Part shown: in pieces, positions 10,386 through 20,750 of the stretch
How positions within the stretch are numbered: the stretch's first letter is position 1
Layout of the letters: every line of letters begins with the position of its first letter
Source: a virus
Lineage: Duplodnaviria; Caudoviricetes
Virus record (IMG/VR): IMGVR_UViG_3300022178_005855
Coordinates: 1-47,670 of that record
Reading direction: 5' to 3' (one strand)
DNA length: 47,670 nt
Made by a program: the position numbers and the translations under genes
The notes under the pieces: generated by a model
Seen by the model: the letters and a program-made list of their open reading frames with translations, nothing else
Told to the model about the DNA's origin: nothing
Databases searched by the model: none

Positions 10386-13300
10386 ATGGCAAACGAATTT
10401 AATATACGTAACGGATTTATATCTAAATCTGGTTCCACGGTACAGAGTTACTTAAATGTTAGTGGAAATACAACATCACCAGCATTTATAACAGTTGATG
10501 GTCTCGACAATCAATTTGTTAAAGGTGATGGTACTTTAGACTCAACAACATATATTAGTGGTTCCGCATCGAATCAAAGGTTAGCTTATGGTTCTACCAC
10601 TGCTAACCAAATTGAACATAATGAAGCTTTTAGTGTTCAGTTTGGTGCAATTGGGGCAAATATAAACAGTCTTTTAATTAAAGGAGGTTCAGGAGATAAC
10701 ACTAGAGGTGGTGGAATAAGATTTCAAAGTAATAACGCTACTTTAGATGGTGCTTTTTACTGGAATACAAGTATTTTAAAGATTGGTTCGGTAAGTAATA
10801 ATGAAGTGGATATGGTTGTTTCTAATATCCCTGTTGCAACTTTCACTTCTGCGGGAATGGAAACCCAAGATGAAATTTATGGTGCTTCTTGGATTGGTAA
10901 CTTAGAAGTCCCTACAAAAAACGCTATTTATAATAAAATACAAGCGTTTTCTGCCACCACAGACGGTAAATACTTATTAAATATAACAGATACACTTACT
11001 GGAACATTAACAGTAACTACTTCTATAAGAAATGATGAATATAGAAGAGAAGATAATAAAGCTATGCTCCTTTCTTGGGGTCTTGAAGGTGTTATACTTG
11101 GGAATAACGGGTCAACTGGTATTGGTGCTGGAGAGTGGTATGCTCAAATGTCAGCTAATGCTTCAAATTCATTAGAAGCTGTACAAGTGGGTGCAGAAGA
11201 AGGGCTTTATATTTACTCTAACACTGGAAGTAATGTAGCAAATTGGGCTACTAGACATACTATTATAATGAATGCTAATACATTCACATATGGTGGTAAT
11301 AATATTTTTCATGATGCATACCACCCTAATGCGGATACTTGGACAACACCTAGAATTTTAACAATCGGTAATACTGGTAAATCAGTGGATGGTAGTACTC
11401 CTGTTACTTGGACTTTAGCTGAAATAGGTTTAGGATATGGTACAGTTAGCCAAATTCCATTTATGAATGCTGGTGGAACTGATTTTGAATATAATGCAAA
11501 TTGGACTTTTGATAGTAGTACGGGAACTCTAAAAACCCCAACCTCTTTTACAATGGGACATGGGGTCGACGGCACTGTGAGTTCAACGTATAATTTATTT
11601 ACAGAAGCAAATACAACATCCACTAAAACTATAAATATTGGTACTGGAACACCTTCTAATGGGTCATTTACTATTAATTTAGGGTCATCAGCATCTACAA
11701 CAGGAGGTATAGCCCTCAATAACACAGTTACAATGTCAACTGTAGCTACTCAAGCCTCTGAAAACACATCTCTAATGATTAATGGCAGTGGAGTTGTTGG
11801 TACAAGAGAGTTAGGTAGCAATGCTTTTAATTCTACAGCTTTCTCTACAGGAACAGGAACTACGAACTATGTTTCTAAATGGACAAGTACAACTGCACAA
11901 GGTAATTCACTTATATATGATAATGGTACAAATGTAGGTATAGGAACCCCTATTCCTATACATAAACTACATGTTAAAGGAACTGCTGCTTCTGGAACTG
12001 AAGAAGTTGTTAAAATTGAAGGTGGTTCACAGTATAATGGATTAATACTTAACAATACTTCAAACAGGCAATCTAGTATTATCTTTTCACATAATAGTAC
12101 AGATAAGTGGACTACGGGTATAGATTTTGCGGGAGATGGTACATCCAACTTCTATTTATATGATAAAGTATCGCTTAAAGTACCTTTATTTTTTAAGGAT
12201 GATGGTGAAGTAAGAATTGGTGGAACTTCTGGGTATTTGGACACACAGGCTGTAACAATTGAACCAGGTGGTAATGTGGGTATAGGAACAACTAGTCCAA
12301 ACGCAAAATTATCTATATCAAGAGCTTCGGGATTTTCATCAATAAAAGCAATTAACGATGGCTATATGATGATTGATTCAAACGGTCAACAATTACGTTT
12401 AAATAATTACGTAGCTGATGATGTAGTAATTGCAATGGGCGGCGGAAATGTAGGAATAGGTACAACTGCTCCTAGTACTAAACTACATATAAAAGGATTT
12501 GGAACTGCTGGGAATACTGGACTACTGAGAATAGATTCAGGCAATACAGATGGTTCTGCTAAAATAGATTTTGTGGATGACGGCACTATTGTTGGAGCTA
12601 TAAATTTATTTGAATCAACTACTCTTTCATTAGCATCTCAAGGAGATATAGCATTTGTTACAAATTCTGTCGATACAACTGGAACTAATGTAAAAATGAC
12701 TATACTAGGAAACGGTAATGTAGGTATAGGAGTTACTGACCCTAGTTCTGAACTAGAAGTTTTTGGTAATATATTTACATCTCAAGCTAGTGGTGAAGTA
12801 ATGACATTAGGTAATAGTACTTATGCAACTAAGTACATAACAGTAAGAGAAGGAGCTAATTATGCAGCTAAATGGGGGTTACAAGCCAATACAAATCTTG
12901 ATGCTAATGGTACAGCATTAATGATTTCATCTAAACCAATAGCATTTACAGCTGGTGTAACAAGTGCAACTGCATTTGAAAATGTTACTGACTCACATTT
13001 AAAAATCACCTCAAGTGGGGATATAGGTATCGGAACTTCTATACCTAACTATAAGTTATCATTACAGGGACCTTCAACTTCATATGCTAGTGGGGAACAA
13101 CCAGTAGCAGAGTTTAAAGCAGGCTCTGACCAAAGGGCATTTTTAAAAATTAAAAATACAAATAGTAATCCATCAGCAGGGGCACCAAGAGCAGGTTTTG
13201 ATATAGATGTACCTAACCACTTTACAGGTGGAGGTGCTAGAGCAAGAACTTGGTTAGAGACATCACAAATTACAAGTTCTAATGGTGGTGGTGTAACATC

Positions 13301-14084
13301 ATTATCAGTACCAAAAAATTTTAGTATATATGTTAATAATGTAGCACAAACATCTGCTTCTGATGGGTTATTCTCTTCAAGTTCAGCAACTCCAGGAAGC
13401 TTAGCAATTACAGTAAATTCTAGTGGAATTAGTGTCCCTGATTTAGCCTATGGTGGGACTTGGAATGGTTCACCCCAAGTCCCAACAAGAAATGCGGTAT
13501 GGGATAAGATAGAATCATTAGTTATTGGTAGTGGTAACCCTGGTGGAGTTAATGGTGACATACAATATAACAATAACGGGTCTTTTGGTGGTTTTGGTCA
13601 AGTTAACACATATAATATTGACTTAGAGAAACCACTATTATTAGAGCCATGGACAGCTCATACAGTTACAAATGGAACGGGGGCTATTGGGTATGGAGAA
13701 CATAATAGACCAGAAATAATAATGAATACCACTGGCCACAATTTAAAAAGAAATTCATTTGAGGGACAAAAAGGTAACTCTCAATATGGTAGTCAGCAAA
13801 CAATAACAGCTAACATCACGCTTGATTGGAGGCTAGGTGGGTGTGCTTTTATCAACCTTAACTCTAGCGTTACTATTACCATTTCTAGTATACCTGACGG
13901 AGCCTCTGGTACAATTTTAATTATCAATGGCGGTAATAACACACCAACTATCGCTAGTACTGGATTAACCCCAAGAACTATTGGCTCCACAACAGCTATA
14001 AACTCAACTTCTGGGTCTTATAGCACAATAACATATAAAAGATTTGACACATCATTAGTATTAGTTTATGGACAAGGAAGTTAA
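10386..14084 (+). CDS. Tail fibre / receptor-binding protein with GNVGIGT repeats
   Basis: Several G(N/D)(V/I)GIG(T/V) repeats typical of trimeric beta fibres. Shares the segments GANIxxLxIxGGxGDxTRGGGI and LMIxGSGVVGTRELG with the upstream giant protein. Confidence 0.75.
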   Translation: MANEFNIRNGFISKSGSTVQSYLNVSGNTTSPAFITVDGLDNQFVKGDGTLDSTTYISGSASNQRLAYGSTTANQIEHNEAFSVQFGAIGANINSLLIKGGSGDNTRGGGIRFQSNNATLDGAFYWNTSILKIGSVSNNEVDMVVSNIPVATFTSAGMETQDEIYGASWIGNLEVPTKNAIYNKIQAFSATTDGKYLLNITDTLTGTLTVTTSIRNDEYRREDNKAMLLSWGLEGVILGNNGSTGIGAGEWYAQMSANASNSLEAVQVGAEEGLYIYSNTGSNVANWATRHTIIMNANTFTYGGNNIFHDAYHPNADTWTTPRILTIGNTGKSVDGSTPVTWTLAEIGLGYGTVSQIPFMNAGGTDFEYNANWTFDSSTGTLKTPTSFTMGHGVDGTVSSTYNLFTEANTTSTKTINIGTGTPSNGSFTINLGSSASTTGGIALNNTVTMSTVATQASENTSLMINGSGVVGTRELGSNAFNSTAFSTGTGTTNYVSKWTSTTAQGNSLIYDNGTNVGIGTPIPIHKLHVKGTAASGTEEVVKIEGGSQYNGLILNNTSNRQSSIIFSHNSTDKWTTGIDFAGDGTSNFYLYDKVSLKVPLFFKDDGEVRIGGTSGYLDTQAVTIEPGGNVGIGTTSPNAKLSISRASGFSSIKAINDGYMMIDSNGQQLRLNNYVADDVVIAMGGGNVGIGTTAPSTKLHIKGFGTAGNTGLLRIDSGNTDGSAKIDFVDDGTIVGAINLFESTTLSLASQGDIAFVTNSVDTTGTNVKMTILGNGNVGIGVTDPSSELEVFGNIFTSQASGEVMTLGNSTYATKYITVREGANYAAKWGLQANTNLDANGTALMISSKPIAFTAGVTSATAFENVTDSHLKITSSGDIGIGTSIPNYKLSLQGPSTSYASGEQPVAEFKAGSDQRAFLKIKNTNSNPSAGAPRAGFDIDVPNHFTGGGARARTWLETSQITSSNGGGVTSLSVPKNFSIYVNNVAQTSASDGLFSSSSATPGSLAITVNSSGISVPDLAYGGTWNGSPQVPTRNAVWDKIESLVIGSGNPGGVNGDIQYNNNGSFGGFGQVNTYNIDLEKPLLLEPWTAHTVTNGTGAIGYGEHNRPEIIMNTTGHNLKRNSFEGQKGNSQYGSQQTITANITLDWRLGGCAFINLNSSVTITISSIPDGASGTILIINGGNNTPTIASTGLTPRTIGSTTAINSTSGSYSTITYKRFDTSLVLVYGQGS

Positions 14085-14712
14085 TTTTTATTTTGCAAGG
14101 TTGAACAAACTAAATGATTTCAACCTATTATCTATTTATTCTTTTCACAAGTTAGGGTATACTTGTGTCATGTGGTGTTATGAAGAGATTATTAATTTGC
14201 CAGAATATGTGATAGTGAAGGATGCAAACGAAATAATACCATACAACGGTAATACGTATGTGGCTTTTTTATCTGATGAGTTTAGAATGCTACTTTTAAA
14301 TAAATATGGAGGACTTTATAGTGATTTAGATAATATTATACTTAAATCACTACCCGAAACAGAGTACATACTAGCGGGTAGGCACTCTAACACTATAAAC
14401 AGTATAATAAGAACCCCTATCAACTCAGAACTAACTAACTATTTAGTAGATAATAGAGAGATTATTAATAACAATGTGAAATTACATCAAAAAATAGTAG
14501 ATTTTAACCTAGACAAGTGGGTTATACCTGTAAGGGATATAAATTATTTTAATGGTGACTTAACAGAAATAGCGGACAAAGAAATTGATTGGAGTAAAGT
14601 AGAATCATATATGGTTCATCTATTTCAATCAATGCACAGAGCGTGCTATAGGAGAAAAGATGTGTATAACTTAAATATTGCAAACCTTAAAAAGTTTGTT
14701 GAAGAACAATAG
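14068..14712 (+). CDS. Glycosyltransferase, GT32/DxD sugar-binding family
   Basis: Motif SDEFRMLLLNKYGGLYSDLD matches the GT32 signature sDxxRxxxLxxxGGxYxDxD, with upstream VKDANEII. Confidence 0.8.
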   Translation: MDKEVNFYFARLNKLNDFNLLSIYSFHKLGYTCVMWCYEEIINLPEYVIVKDANEIIPYNGNTYVAFLSDEFRMLLLNKYGGLYSDLDNIILKSLPETEYILAGRHSNTINSIIRTPINSELTNYLVDNREIINNNVKLHQKIVDFNLDKWVIPVRDINYFNGDLTEIADKEIDWSKVESYMVHLFQSMHRACYRRKDVYNLNIANLKKFVEEQ

Positions 14713-14714
14713 AT

Positions 14715-15092
14715 ATGACAAAATTAAGAAGTGAAATAACAACTAACGGTAAGGCGGTATTTTATGCTACTATGTGGAGTGATTTTTTAAAAGCCGCTTG
14801 GGATTGTGGCTGGGAATTAGGGTTACACGGTAGTTTATCAAGCGACATGGATATAATGGCAATGCCTTGGACTAAAGAGGCTGTAAAGCCTGATACGTTA
14901 GTTAAGAACCTAGAGGCGTGTTTAAACATACCAGAAGACGGATTTAAGATACCTACAATAGTAGATTTTTTTAGAGCAAATAATAGAGTAGTGTATACTG
15001 TTCACATATGGGATGATTTTTATTTAGATATTAGTATCATAGAGACTGACTCTGAGTATTTATCAAAACAAACAGTACCCAAACTTATTTAA
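14715..15092 (+). CDS. Hypothetical phage protein, possible minimal nucleotidyltransferase fold
   Basis: LHGSLSSDMDIMAMPW resembles the GS...DxD Pol-beta signature with short spacing, plus a later YLDISI strand. Confidence 0.45.
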   Translation: MTKLRSEITTNGKAVFYATMWSDFLKAAWDCGWELGLHGSLSSDMDIMAMPWTKEAVKPDTLVKNLEACLNIPEDGFKIPTIVDFFRANNRVVYTVHIWDDFYLDISIIETDSEYLSKQTVPKLI

Positions 15093-15103
15093 AATTTATA
15101 ATT

Positions 15104-15670
15104 ATGAGTGATTTTATGAGCGCAATTTTAGCGAGTGAAAAAGAGTTAACGGCCTTTTACATGGGAACCCCTGTAATAAGCCAACTTGATGCTTGTGGTA
15201 GTTCTTCTACTTCGCTAAGGTGGCACAACGGGTCAAGTGCTTTACCTATTGTGGGTGACGTTGTGTGGGTTACAGAGGGTAAGTCTACTTTAGTAAATCC
15301 CGTCGCTAATTCTTGGTCACCAATGAGTCCGCAGACAGATTCAACTGCATTTGACACTGTTCAATTTGACTTCTCTAACGCAGGTCTTGTAGCCACTGTC
15401 ATGGGATGTTCAACTGTTACAGCAGTTTCTATGTCTTCAATTGGCAGAACCACATCTTTATTGGCTTGTGGGGAAGTTGTTACCACCACAAGATACATAT
15501 CAGGAGGTAATACATTCGCTAACAACGGAGAAATAGTATATATAGACTCAGGTGGGACTACCATTTTTAACGGGGCAGGTAAATGGTACCGAATTAGCAA
15601 CGATGCCTTTATTGTATCATCCCTTGGTGTTATAAGCTCGTTAATTTTCTGCGGTTTCCCGCCCGATTAA
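15104..15670 (+). CDS. Hypothetical Cys-containing beta-rich virion/fibre-associated protein with two internal repeats
   Basis: Two similar halves (LDACG...RWHNG...GDVVW and LLACG...RYISG...GEIVY). Confidence 0.6.
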   Translation: MSDFMSAILASEKELTAFYMGTPVISQLDACGSSSTSLRWHNGSSALPIVGDVVWVTEGKSTLVNPVANSWSPMSPQTDSTAFDTVQFDFSNAGLVATVMGCSTVTAVSMSSIGRTTSLLACGEVVTTTRYISGGNTFANNGEIVYIDSGGTTIFNGAGKWYRISNDAFIVSSLGVISSLIFCGFPPD

Positions 15671-15703
15671 TAGTAAAATAATAGTAAAATAATAGTAAAA
15701 TAA
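15668..15703 (+). repeat. Tandem repeat (TAATAGTAAAA)x3
   Basis: Three exact 11-bp units starting at the stop codon of the 15104 ORF. Confidence 0.9.
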
Positions 15704-15717
15704 AAACAAACAAAATT

Positions 15718-16107
15718 ATGGCAATTTCAATTAAAGAACAATTAGACATTTTAACTGGGGTAGAAGCCCCAACAAGTTACACTTTTGAAGAATATATCGG
15801 ACAAGTATCAGTAAATACTTGTGAAGATTTTTTCAAAAATACTAAAACAGCGGTTGATAACTTATCAACAACTTATGTATCTCGTGTTAGTAGCACATGT
15901 AGGGAGATACTTAATAAACCTGAAAGATATACAAGACCTCTTGCAAAAATATTAATAGCCACTTATGCTGACACAGGTAACATTGCTGAAGTTCAAGCCG
16001 CTAGTGATGATGCTTGGGTAGGTTTTATAGAGAATAATATACTTACGTCAATTGAAGCTATTTCTGCTGTATTGGCCCCTGAGAAATTAGCTTATGACGC
16101 TATATAA
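15718..16107 (+). CDS. Hypothetical protein
   Basis: 129-aa ORF with an A-rich leader, co-oriented with its neighbours. Confidence 0.7.
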   Translation: MAISIKEQLDILTGVEAPTSYTFEEYIGQVSVNTCEDFFKNTKTAVDNLSTTYVSRVSSTCREILNKPERYTRPLAKILIATYADTGNIAEVQAASDDAWVGFIENNILTSIEAISAVLAPEKLAYDAI

Positions 16108-16152
16108 AAGTTACTTAATTAAAAAATAATAACTTACGAGGTTATATAAGAT

Positions 16153-17904
16153 ATGGCATTTACCACAAAAATAGATTATTCAAATAATAGACAAATAAAA
16201 CAATTTCAGTTAACCAATACACAATTATCTGGTACGACAACATTTGGTGTTACAGATAATTTAATACCTGAAAATGTTAGTGGTGATACTATTAATATCG
16301 ATGCTCTACAATATATTAGGGCTAGAGGGCTTATATTACCTAACGCTTTACCGAATATCGTTTCTGGTGGTACATATCAATTATTAGGTAGGGATAATAT
16401 AACTGGTAAAATTGTTGAAGTTGATGCACTTTCTGGTGGTACAACTGGTGGAACAACAAATGATTACACAACTAGTGCTACGTTTAACACAAGTACAGGT
16501 CAAGTTGATTTCAACAGATTATTAGGTGGTACATATAGCGTTAATTTAGATGGTAGATATTTAACTGGGTTTACTGAAACAGTAGAGTCAGTAATAAACC
16601 CTTTAAATTCTTATTTTGGAAATCGAGTTAAACCTGTTTCAGATAATGAAGGGTTTTATGTAGAGGGTTCTAATAATAAGGCAACAGGATATCTTGCAAA
16701 TAACACAGATACGGTTGGAAATGCAGCCATAGCTGGATTTAGAGCAACTATTAACGGAGATGCATTTGATGAAGGTGTTTATTTAGGTATACAAAACGAT
16801 TCTTATTACGCTCCATGGTTAAGAGCGCATGGTCTTATTACAGGTAAGAACCTAAATATAATGGTTGGTGATAATACTGGGGATATAGTATTCTCATTAG
16901 GGAACACAGCAACTAATCAAATAACTGAAGGTCAACAAGATAAAGTTCTTTTATTGAATACCGATAGAACGATAGTGGCACCAAGTTTAACAACAGCTTT
17001 AATTAATGCAGAAGCCACTGGAAGAGTTTTAATTACTAAAGAATGGTTTCAAGCACAAACGATAACTGGTGGAACAACAAATACAGATGATTATTTAACA
17101 ACTCATACATTTAATACAAGTACTGGTTTATTTGAAAGTACCTTACAATCGGGTTCAACAGTAAGTGTTAATTTAGACGGTAGGTATAGTCTTAATAACC
17201 ACACTCACATTGGTTTATCTGATGATTATTTAACTGGTGGTACATTTAATGAATTAACTGGGGATTTAGATTTAAATCTTAAGTCAGGTTCAACTGTCAC
17301 TATTAATTTAGATGATAGATATAGTCTTGATGACCATACACACATAGGTTTATCAGATGATTATTTAACAACTCATACATTTAACACCTCAAATGGATTA
17401 TTTGAAAGTACCTTACAATCGGGTTCAACAGTAAGTGTTGATTTAGATGGTAGATATAGTCTTACAACTCATACACATAATTTATCTAACTTAAATAATG
17501 ACATTGGATTTATAACTGCATCTTTTTTAGGTATACAAAAAATTAAAGTAACTTTATCAGCATCACAAATCGAAAATATAGGTCAAGGTCCAGTGCAATT
17601 GTTACCAGCAGCTGGTGTAGGTACTGTAATTAATATAATATCGGCTGTTGCTAGACTTAACTTTGGAACCATTCCCTTTGATGATAATACCTTAGATATA
17701 GCTGACGGTAGTTTTGGTACGGCTACCCCAGGTGGTTTTTTATCAGCAACCTCAGACCAAATTGAAAGGTTGGTACGCAATTTAGATTCTGGTGGGAGTT
17801 TATTAGCAGAGAATAGTGCTGTCATCGCATCAGGAACAAGTTCAATTGCAACTGGAGATGGTACAGTAGATATTTATTTAACTTATGAAATAATATCCCT
17901 ATAA
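16153..17904 (+). CDS. Virion fibre-like protein sharing repeats and the ~165-aa domain with the giant fibre
   Basis: Four DDY/NDY...LDxRY repeats plus copy 3 of the dispersed domain. Confidence 0.75.
   Translation: MAFTTKIDYSNNRQIKQFQLTNTQLSGTTTFGVTDNLIPENVSGDTINIDALQYIRARGLILPNALPNIVSGGTYQLLGRDNITGKIVEVDALSGGTTGGTTNDYTTSATFNTSTGQVDFNRLLGGTYSVNLDGRYLTGFTETVESVINPLNSYFGNRVKPVSDNEGFYVEGSNNKATGYLANNTDTVGNAAIAGFRATINGDAFDEGVYLGIQNDSYYAPWLRAHGLITGKNLNIMVGDNTGDIVFSLGNTATNQITEGQQDKVLLLNTDRTIVAPSLTTALINAEATGRVLITKEWFQAQTITGGTTNTDDYLTTHTFNTSTGLFESTLQSGSTVSVNLDGRYSLNNHTHIGLSDDYLTGGTFNELTGDLDLNLKSGSTVTINLDDRYSLDDHTHIGLSDDYLTTHTFNTSNGLFESTLQSGSTVSVDLDGRYSLTTHTHNLSNLNNDIGFITASFLGIQKIKVTLSASQIENIGQGPVQLLPAAGVGTVINIISAVARLNFGTIPFDDNTLDIADGSFGTATPGGFLSATSDQIERLVRNLDSGGSLLAENSAVIASGTSSIATGDGTVDIYLTYEIISL
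16561..17040 (+). repeat. Dispersed ~500-bp repeat, copy 3
   Basis: 16813-16970 is identical to 1321-1478. Confidence 0.95.
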
Positions 17905-17990
17905 ATAATAAATATTCAAATTTAATTACACCTCATTTATTTAGTGTTATTTATTGACCATATTTTTTATATTTATAATAAATAAAGCTT

Positions 17991-18467
17991 ATGATAAAAA
18001 AAAACATAATGTTATTATTTACATTTATTGTAATTATAATTTCATACAACCATATTTTAAATGAAAAAAACAAAATTAATGATTCAATTTCTTTTGAAGT
18101 AAACACAAGCTTACCAATTATAACCGCAATTTTAAATGGTGTGGAAGGTAGGTTCTTATTGGATACAGGAGCGTCGATTTCAATTTTAAATTATGAATCA
18201 ATTGACGATTATAATTTCATTGTATTTCCATATTCAAATAAAACAGTTACTGGACTTGGCGGTAGTAAGTATTTATTCGATGTTACTAAAACTCAAATGA
18301 TGTATAATAATAAAATCATACCAATTAATTTTAAATGTACTGACATAACTAACTTATCTAATACTTTAAATATTATAGGTGTTATTGGTAGCGATTTTTT
18401 AATAGTTAATGATTTAGTTATTGATTATAAAAATAAAATACTTAGAAAGTCTGGTACGTTTGATTAA
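17991..18467 (+). CDS. Retropepsin-like (clan AA) aspartyl protease with N-terminal membrane anchor/signal
   Basis: FLLDTGAS catalytic motif, C-terminal GVIGSDFL and a hydrophobic N-terminus. TATTTATA at 17970-17977. Confidence 0.85.
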   Translation: MIKKNIMLLFTFIVIIISYNHILNEKNKINDSISFEVNTSLPIITAILNGVEGRFLLDTGASISILNYESIDDYNFIVFPYSNKTVTGLGGSKYLFDVTKTQMMYNNKIIPINFKCTDITNLSNTLNIIGVIGSDFLIVNDLVIDYKNKILRKSGTFD

Positions 18468-18496
18468 AGTTAATATTTATATATAATAAAGAGCAA

Positions 18497-20221
18497 ATGG
18501 CAAATATAAAAATTTATAATTTTAGTGGTGTTGATTTTAGAATAAGTGGTAGTGACTATTTCGATTTTTACTTAAATGTAAATGGTATGACTACCGTAAT
18601 CAGTGATGTAAATGTTGATTTCTCCTACCAAGATTGGGGTTTTGATTGGGATATTACTGAAGAAACACCAAGTGATTATTTAACTGTTTCATTTGATTTT
18701 AATTTTTCTAACCCAAATAATCAAATTATAAGCACCTTATCAGGTGGGTGGGGTGGTTCAACGACAAGTAGTTTTACTGCAACTACATATGGTTTAACTG
18801 GGTTAGATAATGGTGCAATAACTTATTCACCAGAATTAGATACTTATGGCCATGACGCATTATTAAGTGCATTAACAGGTACTACATTGGTACATGTTTC
18901 AGGGGATACACAATTAAAATTAAATAAAGTCACTGGTTACACTGGTAATTATATTTACCCAATTGAATTAATAAGCACTACGGCCAGTACTGGTAATTAT
19001 GCTAATTTTTGTGGTGGGTTCTACCAAGGTTATTATAAACTTGATGGTTACGATTATGAATTACTACCAAATAGGTATGAGAGTGGGTGGACGATTGAAA
19101 CTTGGTTAAATCAAACTGTAACTGGTGATACATGTGGTAATATTACTGGAACAACTCTTAACGATACTTACCCAAATAATAAAGGATTCTTCTATTATAT
19201 TGGAACTAGGGCCGAAAATAAATTTTGGAATATATTCACTGGTAATACCACTGGTTGTACTAGTGGGTCTACCGATTTCTGTATGGATATTAAAGAAATA
19301 GATATTAATATCAATAATATTATTGTTGATGGAAGCGGAACTACTTTAAGCGTTCCGTTAAGTCCCCCACCAATTGATATTAAACGAATTAAAAACCAAT
19401 TTTTAATATTTGGTAGGTCAAATGGTTTAGTGTGTGACAATAAACAATCAAAGGATGGTTATGGGCAAGTTCGAGCTAATAAAGGTTATGATAAAAATTT
19501 ACCTCGTTATTCAACCATAGTTAGGGAAGAAACCACTAATTTCACTAATCCCTTTTTAATATTTGGTAGGTCAAATGGTTTAGTATGCGACAATGTACAA
19601 TCCGATGATGGTTATGGTCAAGAAAGGGTTGGTTCTTTTTCTGGCTTAACAGCACCTATAATTGAATTAGATAAAGATAGTGATTTAATTGACAACGCAA
19701 TTGGTTTTAGGATTAAAGATGATGGAAGTATTGGTTATAGATTATTAACTATTTCAGGTGATTGTAAATCTGTTGAAATGGTGGAAGAGTATTCAGCTAG
19801 TGGTACTGTTACTTCTGATAAATGGGAACATATTGTTGTTAAATGGGTTAATTCAGATAATTATAGTAAATGTGATTTGATTCATGGTGCACCAAGAAAA
19901 GGTAAATTAAAATTTTATATAAATTCTATGTTACGATGGAGTTCTAGTGAAATAGACGAAATGATATTTAAAAGGTTAGATGATTTTCAAGAAAAACAAG
20001 TTGGTGTCCCATACAATATTAGTATTGGTGGTGGAACACAAGGTTTATTAGAAAGTATGACCTTTGACGGTCAAGATGTTGATGACTTAGGTTTAATCAT
20101 AGAACGAAATTTTGCTGGAACCTTTATTGGTTCGATTTCTAAATTTAATATGTACAATAAGAATTTATCTTGGTGTCAAATTAAAGATACTTACAAAATC
20201 AATGTTAAAAAATATGTATAG
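18497..20221 (+). CDS. Virion structural protein with LamG/concanavalin A-like features
   Basis: GWTIETWL, KWEHIVV, LKFYINS, ISIGGG and FIGSISKFNMYNKNLS follow the LamG pattern. Internal duplication FLIFGRSNGLVCDN (19400-19431 / 19553-19584). TATTTATA at 18474-18481. Confidence 0.65.
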   Translation: MANIKIYNFSGVDFRISGSDYFDFYLNVNGMTTVISDVNVDFSYQDWGFDWDITEETPSDYLTVSFDFNFSNPNNQIISTLSGGWGGSTTSSFTATTYGLTGLDNGAITYSPELDTYGHDALLSALTGTTLVHVSGDTQLKLNKVTGYTGNYIYPIELISTTASTGNYANFCGGFYQGYYKLDGYDYELLPNRYESGWTIETWLNQTVTGDTCGNITGTTLNDTYPNNKGFFYYIGTRAENKFWNIFTGNTTGCTSGSTDFCMDIKEIDININNIIVDGSGTTLSVPLSPPPIDIKRIKNQFLIFGRSNGLVCDNKQSKDGYGQVRANKGYDKNLPRYSTIVREETTNFTNPFLIFGRSNGLVCDNVQSDDGYGQERVGSFSGLTAPIIELDKDSDLIDNAIGFRIKDDGSIGYRLLTISGDCKSVEMVEEYSASGTVTSDKWEHIVVKWVNSDNYSKCDLIHGAPRKGKLKFYINSMLRWSSSEIDEMIFKRLDDFQEKQVGVPYNISIGGGTQGLLESMTFDGQDVDDLGLIIERNFAGTFIGSISKFNMYNKNLSWCQIKDTYKINVKKYV

Positions 20222-20723
20222 CGTGTTAAGAAATTTTATTTCATTATTCTTATTATCTACGATTTTAAGTTGTAGTACAGTTGATACAGTTTCTTTACAC
20301 CCTAAAAGAAGTGATATGATACACTACGTAAGTAATATTGCTGATTTAACTGAAGTTGAGAATGATTTATTGCTATTATTTAATCAATATCGAGTTAACT
20401 TAAAATTAAATGAATTAATAAACGATAAATTATGTCGAGATTTAAGTGAGAAACATATTAATTATATGATAGTTTTGGGTGAGCTTAACCACCATAATAC
20501 ATTCATCAGGAGGTTTGAGATTTTAAGGCGTGGGGGTGATAATTACGGTGAAATTGTGGGTAAATATTATTCCACAGCGGATGGTTTTTATAAAGCTTTT
20601 ATTAAAAGTGAATCTCATAGACAAATAATAATTGATAACCGTTATACTCACATCGGTGTTCGCTTAATTAAAGATACCAACGATAAATACTACGTTACGT
20701 GTATCTTTAGCAATTTTTTATAA
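20214..20723 (+). CDS. CAP/SCP-domain lipoprotein
   Basis: ATG at 20214 (preferred over the track start 20112) gives signal MYSVLRNFISLFLLSTILS-C with a lipobox. CAP motifs NQYR, HINYM...LNHH, GEIV, SESHRQII, HIGV. Confidence 0.8.
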   Translation: MYSVLRNFISLFLLSTILSCSTVDTVSLHPKRSDMIHYVSNIADLTEVENDLLLLFNQYRVNLKLNELINDKLCRDLSEKHINYMIVLGELNHHNTFIRRFEILRRGGDNYGEIVGKYYSTADGFYKAFIKSESHRQIIIDNRYTHIGVRLIKDTNDKYYVTCIFSNFL

Positions 20724-20750
20724 TTTTTATAATATTTATAATAAAAGACT

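Noticed and set aside
1069-17040. Diversity-generating retroelement (TR/VR) explanation for the three-copy domain
   Set aside because: All copies are in-frame coding, differences are not adenine-specific and are often synonymous, and no reverse transcriptase is in the window.
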